A stretch of 64,000 nucleotides of DNA, taken from assembly GCA_051362555.1 (NCBI GenBank), contig CM120649.1, forward strand, positions 124,001 through 188,000, read 5' to 3'. This DNA comes from Lingula anatina (Eukaryota; Animalia; Brachiopoda). The position numbers were made by a program, and so were the translations under genes. The notes beneath the pieces are model-generated. The model did not search any database, had not been told where the DNA came from, and worked only from the letters and a program-made list of their open reading frames with translations. Positions 27,675 to 40,400 of this stretch are shown here, piece by piece (position 1 is the first letter of the stretch; each line of letters starts with the position of its first letter).

Positions 27675-30600
27675 GTAAAATAAACTGTTTTTTTATATCT
27701 AGATGTTTACTTTAGTTCTTACCGCTGTTGATTGGTTGAAAACTGGTTAGAAATTGCCCTGGGAAAATGTCGGCTTCTTTTTAAAGAAACGACTCATTGA
27801 TAAAGCCGATTGCCGATTAGGATTCCTTAGATTGTTTATTGTTTTCATTTAATTGTGATATACTGTACTTACATCAAAAGTTCATTTTTGAGTGGAATAC
27901 TTTTTAATATTAGTGATCTCGATTGCTATGGCTATTACCGTTCTATATTACTCAGCACAGCAGGTGCTTCACATCATTGAAGAGACATTAATAATGAAAT
28001 TCTGTAGCGATTTGGGGTGAGTGCAGAAAAATCACCGACCAGACCAGGAATCGAACCCGGGACCCCTCGCTTACAGGGCGAGTGCTCTTACCTACTGAGC
28101 TACCCGGCCGGTTCTACCTGCCCCTGGCACTACACTCCTCCCCCCCCCAAATGCCGAAAGACGCGAGTCCTATCTCGCAACACCGCTGCCACCTTTGTAG
28201 CGATTTGGGGTGAGTGCAGAAAAATCACCGACCAGACCAGGAATCGAACCCGGGACCCCTCGCTTACAGGGCGAGTGTTCTTACCTACTGAGCTACCCGG
28301 CCGGTTCTACCTGCCCCTGGCACTACACTCCTCCCCCCCCAAATGCCGAAAGACGCGAGTCCTATCTCGCAACACCGCTGCCACCTTTGTAGCGATTTGG
28401 GGTGAGTGCAGAAAAATCACCGACCAGACCAGGAATCGAACCCGGGACCCCTCGCTTACAGGGCGAGTGTTCTTACCTACTGAGCTACCCGGTCGGTTCT
28501 ACCTGCCCCTGGCACTACCACTCCTCCCTCCCAAATGCCGAAAGACGCGAGTCCTATCTCGCAACACCGCTGCCACCATTGTAGCGGTTTGGGGCGAGTG
28601 CAGAAAAATCACCGACCAGACCAGGAATCGAACCTGGGACCCCTCGCTTACAGGGCGAGTGCTCTTACCTACTGAGCTACCCGGCCTGTTCTACCTGCCC
28701 CTGGCACTACAATTCAATAGAAACGATTTCTTCCGACTTAAATCGGAAATTTAATTTTTTAACAGTTTTCCGCCTTGAGAGACCCCCAGATATACGATCA
28801 TTGGGACACCAAGCGATTCTTCCTTTTTTCTAACAACCCAAAATCTCGTCTAAAATCACCATGCACAAATCTGAAGTTGGGAGAAAATGAAAATCAAACG
28901 TATGGCATTTAGTGGGAGGGGGGAGGGGTACACTGCTGAACTACCCCTTCCCCCTGTGTCTCTCTCCTTCCCCAATACCCTACACATCAAATCAAGGCAC
29001 TGGGCAGTGGCAGTGAACATGTATGTTCTTGTTGGTTTCAGGATGAATTGACTCATGTCAGTGTGAAGCAAGGGTTCAACAACATCCCTCACTTCAATGA
29101 CGAATATGGATCTGCAAAACATGTCACAGTGATGCAAATGCAAAATGCCGTAAGTAGAAAAAAGGGTAGCTTATGAAATGTATTAGTATGATAAAAATAT
29201 TGTCAATTTACAGTGCTGGGTAGAAGTGTTTGTTTCTTACATCTGATTGGTAAGTGATTAGTAATTAGAGGAAAAACATATTAAGACTTAGATTTATTAA
29301 CCTACTGGTATTGATTTACAAGATAGTAACTTATTCTTTATTTCATTTATTATTTCATTTTTGTAGGTACAACTATGTATGGTAGAGCTGGTGCAGAAAC
29401 AGTGTGTATTTTTTAGTTTGATTTTAAAAAAGAATACCATTTTAGAATACTGAAAATCATTTGTAGATGTCCCACTATTTCAGATTGGCAGCAGTCTAAG
29501 TGCAATCATAGCTAAGAAGACAGATCTTAACACACTACAAGATACTGGGAAAAAGAAACCTATTATCAACACAAAGGACAACTTCTGGCCAGTAAGTGAT
29601 AATATCATCAGCAGTTATCTAGAAATGTTTTTAAATTATGTATAGAGAGACTGAAATAAACAAGTTTTTAAAAATTTATCTGGATATTTTAGTCATGAAT
29701 TTTTCTCCCTTTGGACCCCAATATAGAGTTGCTTGTCTTTGGCATTAGCATTTGATATTTTTAAAAGCCCCATATATATATATATATAAAGACGCGACAC
29801 CAAAGTCAACAAAATAAAAAGCAAATAGAATGATGGCGTATATGATAAAATAAATAATGTTATAATAGCCATCACTATACAACATTGTTTAGATTTAAGA
29901 TTTTAATTAGGCTACCTTTGTGATAAATTATCGGTTTATTTAATGAAGCTTGATTATAGTTTATATTGTGGTTGACTGCAAAGCTGCCAGTTTACTTTCC
30001 TCGAAAGTCTTCAGTACTAGACTAGGAAACAAGGCTCCCTCCACAGCTCAGTCTGAGCCATTTGAACACTGCATAGCACATGTCATTGTATTAATTGTCA
30101 GCATAATTGTGTCATTTAAGGTCACAGCAAGGTCAAAGCAGGCCATAGAGAATTGGTTCAAAGACTTGGCCGGGAGTAAACCTCTGACACAGATTGGGAG
30201 AAAAGTAAAATACCTTAGTGTGGCTCGACATTTTAAAGATTTTAAATTACTGTAGCCTAACATTTAAAAGTATTTGAGCTAATGTAGACTAAACAGTTGT
30301 ATATAATGAACAATCATTTGAACACTACTGTACCATACACGCATATGTACTCATGCACACACACCCACTAAAAAAGAAAAATTAATAAACAAATTAATCA
30401 AAAGAATAGATGGATAATGGTGATGATAATAATGATTATAATTATCATTATTATTATTATAATTATATTTTTAAGGAATATTATATGGAAAAGATTGGGT
30501 GGTCTTCTGAGAGAAAAACAAATTCTGAATAAATTGCTTCTTGTACGTTAATTACAGCAGGATGTTATAATTATTTCATTACTTTTATAACAGGTCCCTG

Positions 30601-33600
30601 TTTTCAACAAGAGGGAAGAAATCTTTACCACGCTGTGTGAATACAATGTTCCTTTAATCCGGGCTGCGTGGTTCCTGAAGATGAACAACGCCTATACTGT
30701 AGCCATGAATGAATCCAAGACCAAGTCCAAGAAACAGAACATAGACCCTTCTAGTGGTAAGAAATAGAACATAGACCCTTCTAGTGGTAAGAAACAGAAC
30801 ATAGACCCTTCTAGTGGTAAGAAATAGAACATAGACCCTTCTAGTGGTAAGAAATAGAACATAGACCCTTCTAGTGGTAAGAAACAGAACATAGACCCTT
30901 CTAGTGGTAAGAAACAGAACATAGACCCTTCTAGTGGTAAGAAATAGAACATAGACCCTTCTAGTGGTAAGAAATAGAACATAGACCCTTCTAGTGGTAA
31001 GAAACAGAACATAGACCCTTCTAGTGGTAAGAAACAGAACATAGACCCTTCTAGTGGTAAGAAACAGAACATAGACCCTTCTAGTGGTAAGAAATAGAAC
31101 ATAGACCCTTCTAGTGGTAAGAAACAGAACATAGACCCTTCTAGTGGTAAGAAACAGAACATAGACCCTTCTAGTGGTAAGAAACAGAACATAGACCCTT
31201 CTAGTGGTAAGAAACAGAACATAGACCCTTCTAGTGGTAAGAAACAGAACATAGACCCTTCTAGTGGTAAGAAACAGAATATGATAAACCACCCCCTCCC
31301 AAAAATAAAAAGTAAAAAAGAAACAAAGAGAAAAAAGCACATAATGTAAATATTTGTGGTTGATAAAGAAAAAACCCTGTTGAAAATAAACTCTATATTA
31401 GGTGAGGTTGGTTTCTCTGTTGTGTAAGATATTATATTTTACTCTTTCTTCTGCAGACTGGACCATCACAATCTACAGCTGTCTCTGTTGTGTGTATTAA
31501 ATATTATATTTTACTACATCTTCTCCAGACTGGACCATCACAATCTACAGCTGTCTCTGTTGTGTGTATAAAATATGATATTTTACTACATCTTCTCCAG
31601 ACTGGACCATCACAATCTACAGCTGTCTCTGTTGTGTGTATTAAATATGATATTTTACTACATCTTCTCCAGACTGGACCATCACAATCTACAGCTGTCT
31701 CTGTTGTGTGTATTAAATATGATATTTTACTACATCTCCAGACTGGACCATCACAATCTACAGGTTTCTTAAAGAACACTTAAGTAAGATCATAGAGCAC
31801 TATCACGGTGGCTCCTCGGGTCCACAGACCAGCTTCCTGACTGCCACCCAGACCTCTCATGTAGACATTGATCTGGCTTTAAAACAATGGCAGTATACCA
31901 CCAGACTGGCCAGACATATGTATGAGGTAACCAAGGCTTTAACACTGTCTTAACATATGTATAAGATGTATAGTTGGGTGGTGCTTCTGTCACTGTTTGG
32001 ATAAATCAAGAATAAATGTACCAAGACTGCCATTGATGAGGAGTGTATGGAAATAATTATGTAAAAATTTATGTGTGGGATATTTATGGAAGGTGGGAAA
32101 GAAACTGCAATTTGTGTCTGCTCCAATAGTCCATCATTGCCCAGCAAGATACCATTGTCAGGTTCAGGCATTTGATTATAGTAACCTCTACGTAAGGATA
32201 CCTTGACACTTACATATTGGGGTTGAGAGAGTAAAACGGTTGCTTGAAACTGTCATTGTGTCCCTGGGTGCATAATATGATGATGAAATTATGTGATTTT
32301 TACTGATTATCATTTATTTATTTACTAATTTATTTAATTATTTTTTTACTAATTATGTATTTATTTACTAATTTATTTATTTCTTTTTTTATTTCCCCAG
32401 GAGGGTTTGCTGGACAGACATGAGTTTCTGATTTGGTTGGTAGACACCGTGGATAAACTAAAGTCTCCGGATGACAATGTCCTGAAATTACTGCTGATGC
32501 AGGTGCTGCAGGTTAGTGCTTGTCATTGAATACCTTGTACACAGCTCATTTCAATATGTGGAGCAGTTATGACTTATTGTTTTTAATGTAAATGGTTTTT
32601 ATTACAAAATTCAAAGATCCTCATTGACTACTAGTAATTTAAATGTCTATTGTTTTTTCTCAATATTTGTCTTAAATATTGGAGTCCCTGTTGTCCTATC
32701 ATTCCAGTATGTAGATGAGATTACGTGTGCCCAGAGTATCTCCAGAAAGCTGGCCCACTTCTGTTGTAAAAAGTTGTTGTTGTCCTATCATTCCAGTATG
32801 TAGATGAGATTACGTGTGCCCAGAGTATCTCCAGAAAGCTGGCCCACTTCTGTTGTAAAAAGTTGGCCCTGATGTGCAATGAGACAGGTTACTCCACGCC
32901 ACGCTCTCAGTCGCCGCTGGTCACAGCTAACGCTAACGGGTAGGTCTCTGCTCTGGTTTGTTTTTGCAAAAAAAAAAAATTAGCCGAACATTTTGTATTA
33001 TACCACTGCTGGGGCTTTGAACAATAGGACAATTGCACTTGTATTAGGTGTACAGGTTTGTCTGTATTTTCATACACTTCGGTGCATTCATCCTATTGTT
33101 AGAAGCGCCAGTTGTGGTATAAGTCAGTTACAACTACTCATCGTCCACTGTATGCAATATAATTACATTCTTGTATGTCATATACAGTGAACAACTCATG
33201 TTATAACTAGTTCTTTATGAATTTTAAAGAATTTTGTTTCATGTCTGTGTATGGTGAAATATGTTAGTATGTGAGTGTATGTGTGCACGTGTGTGGAGGG
33301 GAATGTGTGTGTGTGTGTGTGTGTGTGTGTATGAGTGCACGTGTGTGGAGGGGTATGTGTGTGTGTGCATGCATGTGTGTGGAGGGGTATGTGAATGTAT
33401 GTGTGTGTGTGTGTGCACATGTGTGAAGGGGTTTGTGAGAAAATAAAGAGAATGTAACACAATGGTTCTCTTTTTGTGGACTGGCATAACTCATTTCTTG
33501 ACTTCACTGCCTATGATGCTCTGCTTTGCTCAGCTTTGAGAAATGCATTGTTCATAAAAAATGTTGGTTAATTAGATTGGAATATTTCAACAAATAGTGA

Positions 33601-36600
33601 CTTGCATAAATTTTAACATCAATGTAAAATCTTTCATGGATTAAGGGGAAATGAATAGATATATGGCAATTATTTTGATTTTGATTCCTAAACAAACAAA
33701 TTAATATTAATAATTTGAGAATGCCTGATACTATACTAGACTAGTTTAAGTTTGAAATCAGACTAGAAAAGCAGTTGGGGCACCTTCATAAATCAATGGA
33801 TCACCACAAATTTATGTCAATTCAAACAGTTTCTGAAAGTTTGTCATATCCTTCCACAACGTCATAATGTTGATTACAAAAAAAAAAAGAAAGGTATACA
33901 ATTTTTTCCATGCAAAACATTTATCTTGAGTCTTTGGTTTTTATTACTTACTGGATTTAAAAGTAGGTTATAAAAATAACCGAAATTAACTGGAATCAAC
34001 ACTCCTGTAATGTTCCTTTTCATATGCATTCTTCTTTAAAATGTTAGTTCAAGTGGTCAGAAAAATCAAATTTTTTCAACAGATTGAGACCTGCATAAAT
34101 TCTAACATTAAAGTCAAGTCATTTTTGGATTAAGAAGAAATACATAGATATTAGCCAATTATTTTGATTTGACTAAGTTATAAAAATATTAATTATTTCT
34201 GACATAATATTAGTTTAGATTGAAATAAGACTAGAAAAGTACATGGCGGCAGCTTAATCCCCTCAGTTCATCATCACCATCAAGAACATCATGATATACA
34301 TTGTTATATGTTTAAATGAATAATTGATTTATTTGCTAATTGATTAGCTGATATTTCAGTAGCATTAAATATTCATAAAATATTCATAAAATGACCAATT
34401 AGTTTAGTTTTCATTATCACTTAATTAATTTATAAATTAATCACCAAATGATGTTGAGTGGGCATGGCATTCACCCAGATTTTTTCTGTGGGGGTATCTT
34501 AATGATAAAGTGAACCAGAATAACCCTCAAATGATGGGTGAACTGTGGGAAGCAATCACAGCAAAAATCATGGAATTCCTGAAGGAAGAATGTTTTTGAG
34601 AAATTTACAGTTTTTTGGGGCAACTTTTATGCAAATGGTTTTTTTAAGCAAAATGCTTAAATGTATTTCTTGGATTGGCCCCATTCAAGTCTTTATTTGC
34701 CTGATACCTACAATATTTGCAGGTTACAAAAATAAAATTGTAGAAACTAAATGTAATCTTGATTTATTATTTGAAATATTATTTTTAAAAAAATATGTTA
34801 GTTCAGATGGTTGACAGTCCTGACATTTTTCAACAAATAGACACCTGTATAAATTCTAACGTCATAGTAGAGTCATATTTGAATTACGTGGAAATGGATG
34901 GATATTAGTCAATGATTTTGATTTGATTAAAGTTATAAAAATATCAAGAATTAGCAGATTTTTGACTAAATTTTTTACTTATTATGAAAATCAAGTTATA
35001 AGTTGATCTCTGTATGTCATGCATCCTACATGAAAACAGATAATCATCTTTTCATGCACCATGACTTTTTTTCTTTTTTTTCTTGTAGATAATTTTAAAA
35101 AATTGCTATTATGTTTGCAGGTTTAAAGAATAATTTGAAACATTCACTCCAAAAATTAGCTTTTAGGTATTTTTTTGAATTTTTTTCAAATATTTGCCAC
35201 CTAAGGTGGTCATTTGAACTGAAATTTTCAACACTACGTAAAGATATTTGCATGAATTCTTACATTTAAAAGTAACATAGAGGTTTGAGGACATGGTTTT
35301 GATTAAATTTATTAATAAAAATTATATTTAAAAGTTATTTTTGGCAATTTTGACAAACTATGTTAAGAAGTGAATTTTTCTCTTGCTTCACTTTCATATA
35401 CTCTATATTCTCACATTCACTCTAAATGATTTTTGATTGAATTACCTGTATAATATTATATTGCTATTTTATTGTCCACCTTATTTCCCTAATGAGTGAT
35501 CTTTATAATGTAAAAAATATCTAATTTTTCAAATTTGTAGTTCCTAATTTTTCAAAAAAAAAAAAAAAAAAAAAACGTTCCGCCAAAAATGTACATGACT
35601 ATTACTAAATATAACATTTCCACTTTCACAATTATGATAATATTAGAAGTCATTTTAACAATTATTTCCCCGAAACTATCTTCCAGACAACTTACTACCA
35701 CCAGTGCTCCTCAGCCCAACCCAGTCCTTGGGGCTTTTGGGGAGTACACCAGCTGTTCTCAGCACCGAGGACTTCTTCTGGGGCTGTCCGCAGTGCTGCA
35801 GACTATCGTACTGAAGTGTCCAAGTGCTGTGGTATGGAATAATCTAGGTGAGGGGAAGAGTGCCAGCGTCCTGTGTGGGTCACCCCTGGATCTACTGCCA
35901 TGTGCACCTTCCAGTTTACCTATGCCACCTGGACCTAATAATGCCGAGGTGACTGACCAATTATACTGTAATCATGCCATCTTTTCAATGGGGGAAAACT
36001 GTGAATATTATAGATACTGTATAATACTTGGAACTTTTTAGTCTATTTTTATTTAGACTTTATGCATCAGGTGTTGAAATTTGACAGGTATGTTTTATAA
36101 TTGCGGACATTTTTTCTCCAACTCCAGCTGCGAGCTCTGATCAGGTCAGCTGAGCACCAGATCAAACTGCGCGGTCAAGCTGCTGAAGTACGTTGGTCCT
36201 CAGACAAGTGCCAGCAGTCAACAATAGGTAGGGGGCAGAGCTTAAAGTGCTTACTGTTCATTTCTGTTATTTAAAGACTAACATGGCATTACACTACAAA
36301 ATATGCCAAGCTCCTCTATTTTTCATTTGTTTGCTGAGTAATAGCCACTACCTGCAGCTCCTGTAGTGACATGCCATGCTTCTTTATCTGTACCAAATAT
36401 TGATAACTATATTTGACCATTAAGGACACGTTATGTTTGACAAGATTTTGTTGTAAGCTTAAACAATTTCCACACTTGAGCTGTACCACATTCAAGATTT
36501 CCATCACTACAGTGAGCTTCCTCAGGTTCTGTATGGGTTGAGCACAATTCACTCGTGTCTTAGTCCTAGCACTGTCCCATATGTGAGACAATTAGTGTCT

Positions 36601-37323
36601 CCCCCTGTCTTTGTTAGGTATAGCTCAAGTAAGTGTAGAAATTTAAAAGTTAAAGCTTATAACATAATCAAACGAGTGCACAAATGAATTTCAAAATTGA
36701 CATGATTTTCAACTTTTTCAGGCTTCACTATTAGTCGAATCCTGGGAGCTCTTGAGTCACTGGACAGACAGAATTTTGAGCGCGTGGAGCAGACGGCATC
36801 CCTGGATACATTGTATAATAAGATATTTGCTGCAGGGCAGAGCAAGGATCAGGAGGTGTGTGGACGGGTCAGAGTAACGGTAGTGACTATCTAGTTTTCA
36901 TCAAAATTGAGTTATTCTATTCAACTCTGTAATATTTAAGTAGTGATAAATATTATAATGATTCTTAATTTCTGAGAAGCTAGACAAGTTCTTGTCATAT
37001 TTAATTTTATTAAAAACAATATTTCCAGCCGGTGTCGACAGATGAGGCCACCGTGAACTTGTTGTGTGAGTGGGCTGTCAGCGTGAAACGCTCCGGATGT
37101 CACCGAGCTATTGTTGTTGCTAAGTTGTTGGAGAGACGACAAAATGAACTGACTTCAGAGGTAATAACTGGGTGGAATATAACCTAGTCCAGGCTGGATT
37201 GTACTTTGTCTGAATTTTTTTTTTGCCTTTGTCTCATTTCATTTTTCAGTTTAACCAGTAATCGTGAGTATATAATAAGATAATTCAAGGCTTTTGATAT
37301 TATATAAAATTGAAATGTAAATT

Positions 37324-37407
<84 letters not shown>

Positions 37408-40400
37408 TTACCAGTTAAAAAGTCACTTCAGTAAGGAAATATTCAAGTGTGATGGAATAATAACTATTAACTCTTCAGCTTCAGGAGTCTGAAATCTTGG
37501 ATGAGAAGGACTCCCTGGGCTCAGAAGCAATGGCCCCCAGTGGTCTACCTATCTTCCAGAATCTTCTGATCCAGTATCTAGATCACAGGGCACCTGTTCT
37601 GGGTGTGTACAGCATTCCCAAATATATATTATTATAAACAATGTCTTGATACAGTATTCTTCATACAGCAATTTTATTTGCTTTCAAACACCCATGGCTG
37701 TTAGAAATGTCATATAGTTATCATTTTTGAGAAGAAAAATCATGACTATATGTATGAGTACTACTCGTTGTCAGCATTGGAATAACATATTTCATGTATT
37801 TGTTATTTGAAAATTTAATACCCTTAAATATTAACACCATTTCAATTTAATTGTTTGAAATTCAATTATTATTGTAAATCAAATGTCATATTTTCAAAAC
37901 ATAGATGAGAGTCCATCTGCTGAAAACAGGACTGCTTTCTCCAATCTCATTTCCCTGTTCTGCGAGCTCATCCGCCATGATGTTTTCTCCCATGATGCCT
38001 ACATGTGTACGTTAATCTCAAGAGGAGATTTAGAAGCATCACCTCCCATGCACACTGCCCCTGGTGACAGCCTTGGGGAGCTGGCCAGTGTGAAGAGTGA
38101 AAACCCCAGTGTGAAACCAGAGGTGGAACCTTATACTTTTTTTTAATTATGATTTAGTTGACATATACTTTTGGTATTTTTTTTTTCTTTTACAAGTCTT
38201 AGAGTTAGAAAAATTGAGGTAGATTAAATTTTCCAGTCTGTCAAAATCTTACAATACAGTTATGTGAAAAATACAAGGACCTAATATCCAAGTTTTTGGT
38301 ATAAAAGTGGATTGTTGTTGCTTAGGATTATTTTCTCAGTATTAGAGCACCTGTGCCTTGTTCACGAAGAGATTAACTTGTCTATGAGCTGTATCTCAGG
38401 GACATATAGTTGTGGTCTGTTTTGACATGATCAGGTCAAACATTCTCTTGGCAGGGCTGCTTTTAAGTTCATTCACAATTCTTGTTTTTGTTTTTTTGTT
38501 TTTTTTTTTTCAGTTTTTTTTTCTCGTGACTGTGTTATCCATGTGAGATCAGGCTAAGTTGATTATCATGTTATCAATGTGAGATCAGGCTAAGTTGATT
38601 ATCATGTTATCAATGTGAGATCAGGCTAAGTTGATTATCATGTTATCAATGTGTGACCAGGCTAAGTTGATTATCATGTTATCAATGTGAGATCAGGCTA
38701 AGTTGATTATCATGTTATCAATGTGTGACCAGGCTAAGTTGATTATCATGTTATCCATGTGAGATCAGGCTAAGTTGATTATCATGTTATCAATGTGTGA
38801 CCAGGCTAAGTTGATTATCATGTTATCAATGTGTGACCAGGCTAAGTTGATTATCATGTTATCAATGTGTGACCAGGCTAAGTTGATTATCATGTTATCA
38901 ATGTGTGACCAGGCTAAGTTGATTATCATGTTATCAATGTGTGACCAGGCTAAGTTGATTATCATGTTATCAATGTGTGACCAGGCTAGGTTGATTATCA
39001 TGTTATCAATGTGTGACCAGGCTAAGTTGATTATCATGTCATAGCTGACATATAAAATAATCATAATTCACTCTTACTTTTAAGGCCGCACAAGAAGAAC
39101 AAAAGATGGATGTAGACACAGATACCTTCGACCCAGATTATGACATTTTTGCCTTCAGAGATGATCCTAAGAGTCCAGATATGAATGGTAAATATTCAGA
39201 ACATCACTTTGCAACTTGCATCTTGATTTTACAAATATAATTAACACCTTCTTTCTACCTGAAAAAATAGTATCAATCTTCTCATTCTCTTCTCCATGTA
39301 TTCTAGTGTGAGAGGATTTAACAGAATGTTGTGTCGATTTTCACACATTTTTTAGGTGCATAAAAGTGTTTTAAGAGGTCTTTATAGCACTTTATAATAT
39401 TTAAGTCTGTATTCTTTGTTGATGTAACATTACTGGACAGTGATTTCTTGATATCATTAATCTTGTCTTATATATAATAAGTCCCTTGGTCAATGAGTTG
39501 GACTCATGGTGACATCATTTAGACTATTTCTGACGTAGAAAAAGACACATTTTGAACATGGAGTCCTACATATTTTGTAGTTATTTAGCTTAAGAAATAT
39601 TGTACTTATCTCTGTGTTTGATATTTTACACTGATAAAGCATAAAATATTGCTTTATTTGCTGAATGTCAGATACAATGGATCTGTTTTGCGGTAGCTGC
39701 ATTTGCAGGGGTTTAGAACTAAACTTCTACATTCTAGAATTTTCATGAATTTAAAAATTTGTCTTAAGAGCTAGATTAAAGTTTAACTATTAGTTGTTTT
39801 TTTTTTTATAGAAAATTCACTGTTAAATGTTTTGCTACTGTGTTATTGATACTTTTAAACAGTTCAGTCTAGTTTTAACTTTGAAGTTATTTTAAATCAA
39901 GGTTTAGAAAGTGAATATATAGTGAACACTGATGTTAAATCAGGATTAAAAACCAAATTTTAGAAAAAAAGAACTTTTTTTGTTTATGAACCAACCCTTG
40001 TGTGTGATACGTGCTATTGTACACAACAGTTACTGTAGTATCACTGCTACGTTGTCCACAGTTGGAAGTAGACATTTTACACAACAGTTACTGTAGTATC
40101 ACTGCTATGTTGTCTACAGTTGGAAGTAGACATTTTACACAACAGTTACTGTAGTATCACTGCTACGTTGTCCACAGTTGGAAGTAGACATTTTACACAA
40201 CAGTTACTGTAGTATCACTGCTATGTTGTCTACAGTTGGAAGTAGACATTTTCAGGGATAACCACTTTTTATATAGGATTCATATTTCACAATAAACACA
40301 TCAATAAACAACTCATAGAAATATACTAAATTTCATTTTACCACCAAAATGACACATTCATGCTGGAATCTTTGCTTGGACCATATGGACCTTCATAGAT

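Noticed and set aside
28036-28686. Cluster of four functional tRNA-Thr genes, or a plain tRNA-SINE
   Set aside because: C33 and a weak acceptor stem argue against functional tRNAs. TG..CA ends, PBS, purine tract and TSD fit an LTR element better, and there is no SINE-type tail.
28017-28754. 245-aa and 60-aa repeated ORFs
   Set aside because: They are antisense readings of the tRNA-containing LTR array and shift frame between units.
30654-31342. Long minus-strand repetitive ORFs (also 53558-54244 and 38765-39064)
   Set aside because: They are by-products of 3n-period tandem repeats.
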